This document shows positions 60,985-64,000 of a stretch of DNA of 64,000 nt, piece by piece. This DNA comes from an uncultured Spirochaetota bacterium (GTDB lineage Bacteria; Spirochaetota; Spirochaetia; SZUA-6; Fen-1364). The notes under the pieces are model-generated. The model made no database searches, was not told where the DNA came from, and saw nothing but the letters and a program-made list of their open reading frames with translations. The translations under genes and the position numbers were made by a program. Position 1 is the stretch's first letter. Each line of letters starts with the position of its first letter. Location: assembly GCA_963745235.1 (NCBI GenBank), contig CAVUXE010000011.1:44719-108718 (forward strand), in the 5' to 3' direction.

Positions 60985-63957
60985 ATGGCGCTGCGTGAAC
61001 TCCTTTCATCTTCGCAGCGTGAGGCACTTGAAGCGATCCCGGTAGATCGCGCCGGCCTGATCGAGCACTACGTTTTGGGTGATCAAGATCTCAGCTTGAT
61101 CCGTCGCCGGCGAGGAGCCCAGAACCGCTTAGGTCTTGCTGTCCAACTCGCACTCCTGCGGTATCCGGGACGCGCGTTGCTGCCAAACGAAACTCCGCCT
61201 GCGGAGCTGCTTGCTTTCCTGGCTCGACAGCTTGGGGTTTCGGCCAGTGCATGGACCAGCTACGCTAAGCGCGATGAAACACGCCGGGAACATCTGGCCG
61301 AGCTGCAGGTTCACTATGGTCTGCGCTCGTTCCGCATCGGGCAGTATCGCTCGCTTGCCGCCTGGCTCATGCCCACGGCGCTGCAGACCAATCGTGGTGT
61401 CGTGCTGGTCGGGGCTGCGATCGACGAGCTGCGGCGACGATCCGTTATTGTTCCGCGATTAGCGGTGTTGGAGCGGCTGTGTGCTGAAGTCATAGTGCGT
61501 TCCGAACGCCAGTTGTTTCAGACTCTCACGGCGGATTTGACTGACAGGCAGCGACGTGAACTGGATGCGCTGCTGAAGCCACGGGATAGCTCCAAGGTCA
61601 GCACCTTCACATGGCTGCGTTCGCCTCCAGGCGCACCGACTGCGCAGAACATCCTACTTCACATCGAGCGGCTACGGCATATTCGCGGTCTGGAACTCCG
61701 TTCCGACCTTGGCCAGCTCATCCACCAAAACCGGCTGTTGCAGCTCGCCCACGAGGGAGCGGCGACAACCTCGCAACACCTCGCTCGCTTCGACGATCCC
61801 CGCCGGTACGGGACTCTCGTCGCGGTCCTGCTCGAAGCAAGCTCCACGCTGACCGATGAAATCCTAGATCTCCATGACCGGTTCGTCGGCTCCATTTTCA
61901 ATAAAGCACGCCGGAGACGCGATGAGGCTTTCCAGTCTTCGGGCAAAGCGATCAACGAGAAGGTGCGGTTATACGCCCGCATCGGGCAGGCGCTCCTGAC
62001 GGCTAAGGAAGAGGGAGCCGATCCATTCGCGGCTATCGAGAAAATCGTCTCCTGGAATGACTTCGCCCGGACGGTCTCGGAAGCCCAGCAACTGGCTCAG
62101 CCTGAAGACTTCGACTTCCTGGGCCTCATCTCGAGCGGCTTTCCGCAAATGCGCCGGTACACCCCGTCCATGCTCAGCATCTTTGAATTCCGAGCAGCTC
62201 CCGCAGCTCGGCCACTGCTGGAAGTGGTCGAAATCCTTCGCGCTATGAACCGGGACAAAAGCCGCGCTGTTCCGCAGAACTCGCCTCTTGAGTGGATCAG
62301 TCAGCGCTGGCGGCCGTACGTCATCACGGACGAGGGAATCGACCGGCGTTTTTATGAGCTGTGCGCGTTGACGGAATTGAAGAACCGTCTCCGTTCGGGC
62401 GATGTCTGGGTGACTGGCAGCCGCCAATTCAAAGACTTTGAGGCATACCTTCTTGAGCCTTCGCGCTTCACCGAACTACGGGAGAGGCAGGGGCTGTTAC
62501 TGCCGATCGAGCAAGATGGCGGCTCCTACGTTACGGAAAGGATCGCGCAACTCAAACAATCACTTGATGAAGTCGATGGCCTGGCCGCCCGCGGCGAGCT
62601 CCCCGACGCGGCCGTCAGCGAAAGCGGCCTGAAGATAACGCCTCTCACCAACACCGTACCCGAAGAAGCGAGCGTGCTGATGCGCCGCGCGTATGCACTA
62701 CTCCCTCACATCAAGATTACCGATCTGCTCTTGGATGTGGACCGTTGGACCAGGTTCAGTCGGCACTTCACTCATCTGAAGACTGGCGAGCCGGCGAAAG
62801 ACCAAATCCTGCTGCTCACAGCCATTCTCGCCGACGGCATCAATCTCGGCATCTCCAAAATGGCGGAAGCCTGTCCAGGTACGACCGCTCGTAAACTTGA
62901 TTGGCTTGCCTCGCTGCACATCCGCGACGAAGCCTACACGAAGGCTCTCGCCGAGCTGGTCAACCATCATCATCAACACCCCTTTTCAGAGCACTGGGGT
63001 GAAGGCACTACATCGTCTTCAGACGGCCAGCGCTTCCGCGCCAGCGGGCGCGGAGAGCAGTCCGGGCAGGTCAATCTCCGCTATGGCAACGAGCCGGGTG
63101 TGCTCTTTTATACCCACATCTCCGACCAGTACACGCCGTTCTACACCAAGGTGATTGCCGCAAACGCCCGTGATGCCACACATGTTCTTGACGGCCTTCT
63201 CTACCACGAGTCCGAGCTGCGGATCGAGGAGCACTACACCGACACCGCTGGCTTCACCGACCATGTCTTCGCGCTCTGCCATCTCCTGGGCTTTCGTTTT
63301 GCTCCCCGCATCCGTGACTTAGCCGACAAGCGGCTTTACGTGCCAGGCAAGGAGCGCGATCACCCGACGCTCGCTCCGCTCATCGGCGGCAAGCTCAATC
63401 TAAAACTGGTCCGAACGCAATGGGATGAGATCCTGCGACTCGCAGCCTCCATCAGGCACGGGACGGTGACCGCTTCACTCATCATCCGAAAGCTCGCGAG
63501 CTATCCTCGCCAAAACAGCCTCCACACCGCGCTTCGTGAAGTCGGCCGCATCGAGCGCTCTCTCTTCATGCTGGAGTGGATGAAAGACCCTGAGCTGCGC
63601 AGGCGTGTCCAAGTTGGCCTCAATAAGGGCGAAGCCAGGAACGCTCTCGCCCGTGCCGTCTTCTTCAACCGGCAAGGGGATCTGCGCGAGCGCAGCTTCG
63701 AGAACCAGCGTTACCGCGCAAGCGGACTCAACCTGATCGTTGCTGCCATCATCCTTTGGAACACCGTGTACTTGGAACGCGCCATCACCGCCCTACGCAA
63801 GCATGGCATTCAGATTGAGGACGAATCCCTTTCCAACCTCTCGCCCATTGGATGGGAGCACATCAACCTGACCGGCGACTACACTTGGCAGGCTGCAGGA
63901 CGGCTCCGAAAAGGCGCATTCAGACCGCTACGATCCTTTGCAGCCTCAAACGAATGA
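60985..63957 (+). CDS. tnpA: Tn3-family transposase
   Basis: Intact 990 aa; NRLGLAVQL, SSSDGQ, HYTDTAG, LNKGEARNALARAVF and WEHINLTGDY. Confidence 0.97.
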   Translation: MALRELLSSSQREALEAIPVDRAGLIEHYVLGDQDLSLIRRRRGAQNRLGLAVQLALLRYPGRALLPNETPPAELLAFLARQLGVSASAWTSYAKRDETRREHLAELQVHYGLRSFRIGQYRSLAAWLMPTALQTNRGVVLVGAAIDELRRRSVIVPRLAVLERLCAEVIVRSERQLFQTLTADLTDRQRRELDALLKPRDSSKVSTFTWLRSPPGAPTAQNILLHIERLRHIRGLELRSDLGQLIHQNRLLQLAHEGAATTSQHLARFDDPRRYGTLVAVLLEASSTLTDEILDLHDRFVGSIFNKARRRRDEAFQSSGKAINEKVRLYARIGQALLTAKEEGADPFAAIEKIVSWNDFARTVSEAQQLAQPEDFDFLGLISSGFPQMRRYTPSMLSIFEFRAAPAARPLLEVVEILRAMNRDKSRAVPQNSPLEWISQRWRPYVITDEGIDRRFYELCALTELKNRLRSGDVWVTGSRQFKDFEAYLLEPSRFTELRERQGLLLPIEQDGGSYVTERIAQLKQSLDEVDGLAARGELPDAAVSESGLKITPLTNTVPEEASVLMRRAYALLPHIKITDLLLDVDRWTRFSRHFTHLKTGEPAKDQILLLTAILADGINLGISKMAEACPGTTARKLDWLASLHIRDEAYTKALAELVNHHHQHPFSEHWGEGTTSSSDGQRFRASGRGEQSGQVNLRYGNEPGVLFYTHISDQYTPFYTKVIAANARDATHVLDGLLYHESELRIEEHYTDTAGFTDHVFALCHLLGFRFAPRIRDLADKRLYVPGKERDHPTLAPLIGGKLNLKLVRTQWDEILRLAASIRHGTVTASLIIRKLASYPRQNSLHTALREVGRIERSLFMLEWMKDPELRRRVQVGLNKGEARNALARAVFFNRQGDLRERSFENQRYRASGLNLIVAAIILWNTVYLERAITALRKHGIQIEDESLSNLSPIGWEHINLTGDYTWQAAGRLRKGAFRPLRSFAASNE

Positions 63958-64000
63958 TTCCAATGTCTTAGCGTACGATTTTTGACGTTTGGTGTAGTGA

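Larger units (their letters stand above)
59401..64000 (+). mobile_element. Tn3-family transposon (IRL, passenger gene, res, tnpR, tnpA, IRR)
   Basis: IRL 59401-59438 is GGGGTGACTACACCAAACGTCAAAAATAGTACGCTTAG. IRR 63967-64000 matches at 31/34 positions; its last 4 bp lie beyond the window. Confidence 0.95.

Overview
This 64-kb bacterial accessory region is probably from a spirochaete; that is an inference from the FAGGAKE/FASGKGE-type N-termini of the solute-binding proteins. It contains no rRNA, tRNA or CRISPR array that I can see. From left to right: (1) 1-5.4 kb is a decayed sugar operon on the minus strand (acetamidase remnant, Rpe, a TIM-barrel epimerase split by an intact 1.57-kb IS, rhodanese, and a scrambled ROK kinase). 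(2) 5.8-24 kb is a large rare-sugar catabolic region. It holds a GntR regulator, a divergent RuBisCO-like protein, two Zn dehydrogenases, an EryC-like epimerase, an FGGY kinase and a class II aldolase, followed by a xylose-isomerase-like enzyme, a sugar ABC transporter, RhaI, an M24-fold protein, a fucose isomerase fragment and a D-psicose 3-epimerase. (3) 24-37 kb holds a RIT remnant, a BMP-type nucleoside ABC operon with nucleoside hydrolase, ArgE-like deacylase and GATase1-like protein, IS debris, and a second nucleoside hydrolase with a ribokinase. (4) 39-50.5 kb is a ROK-regulated sugar ABC operon with duplicated binding proteins, AKR, GalM, GlcG and an SMP-30 lactonase. (5) 51-64 kb is a mobile-element stack with six Tn3-type inverted repeats, two toxin-antitoxin pairs, a tyrosine recombinase, an HU remnant, a 577-bp Tn3-derived mini-element and an essentially complete Tn3-family transposon with a secreted passenger protein. 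Many genes carry single-base frameshifts, which could be real decay or assembly error. All product calls come from motif recognition by eye; no database searches were run.
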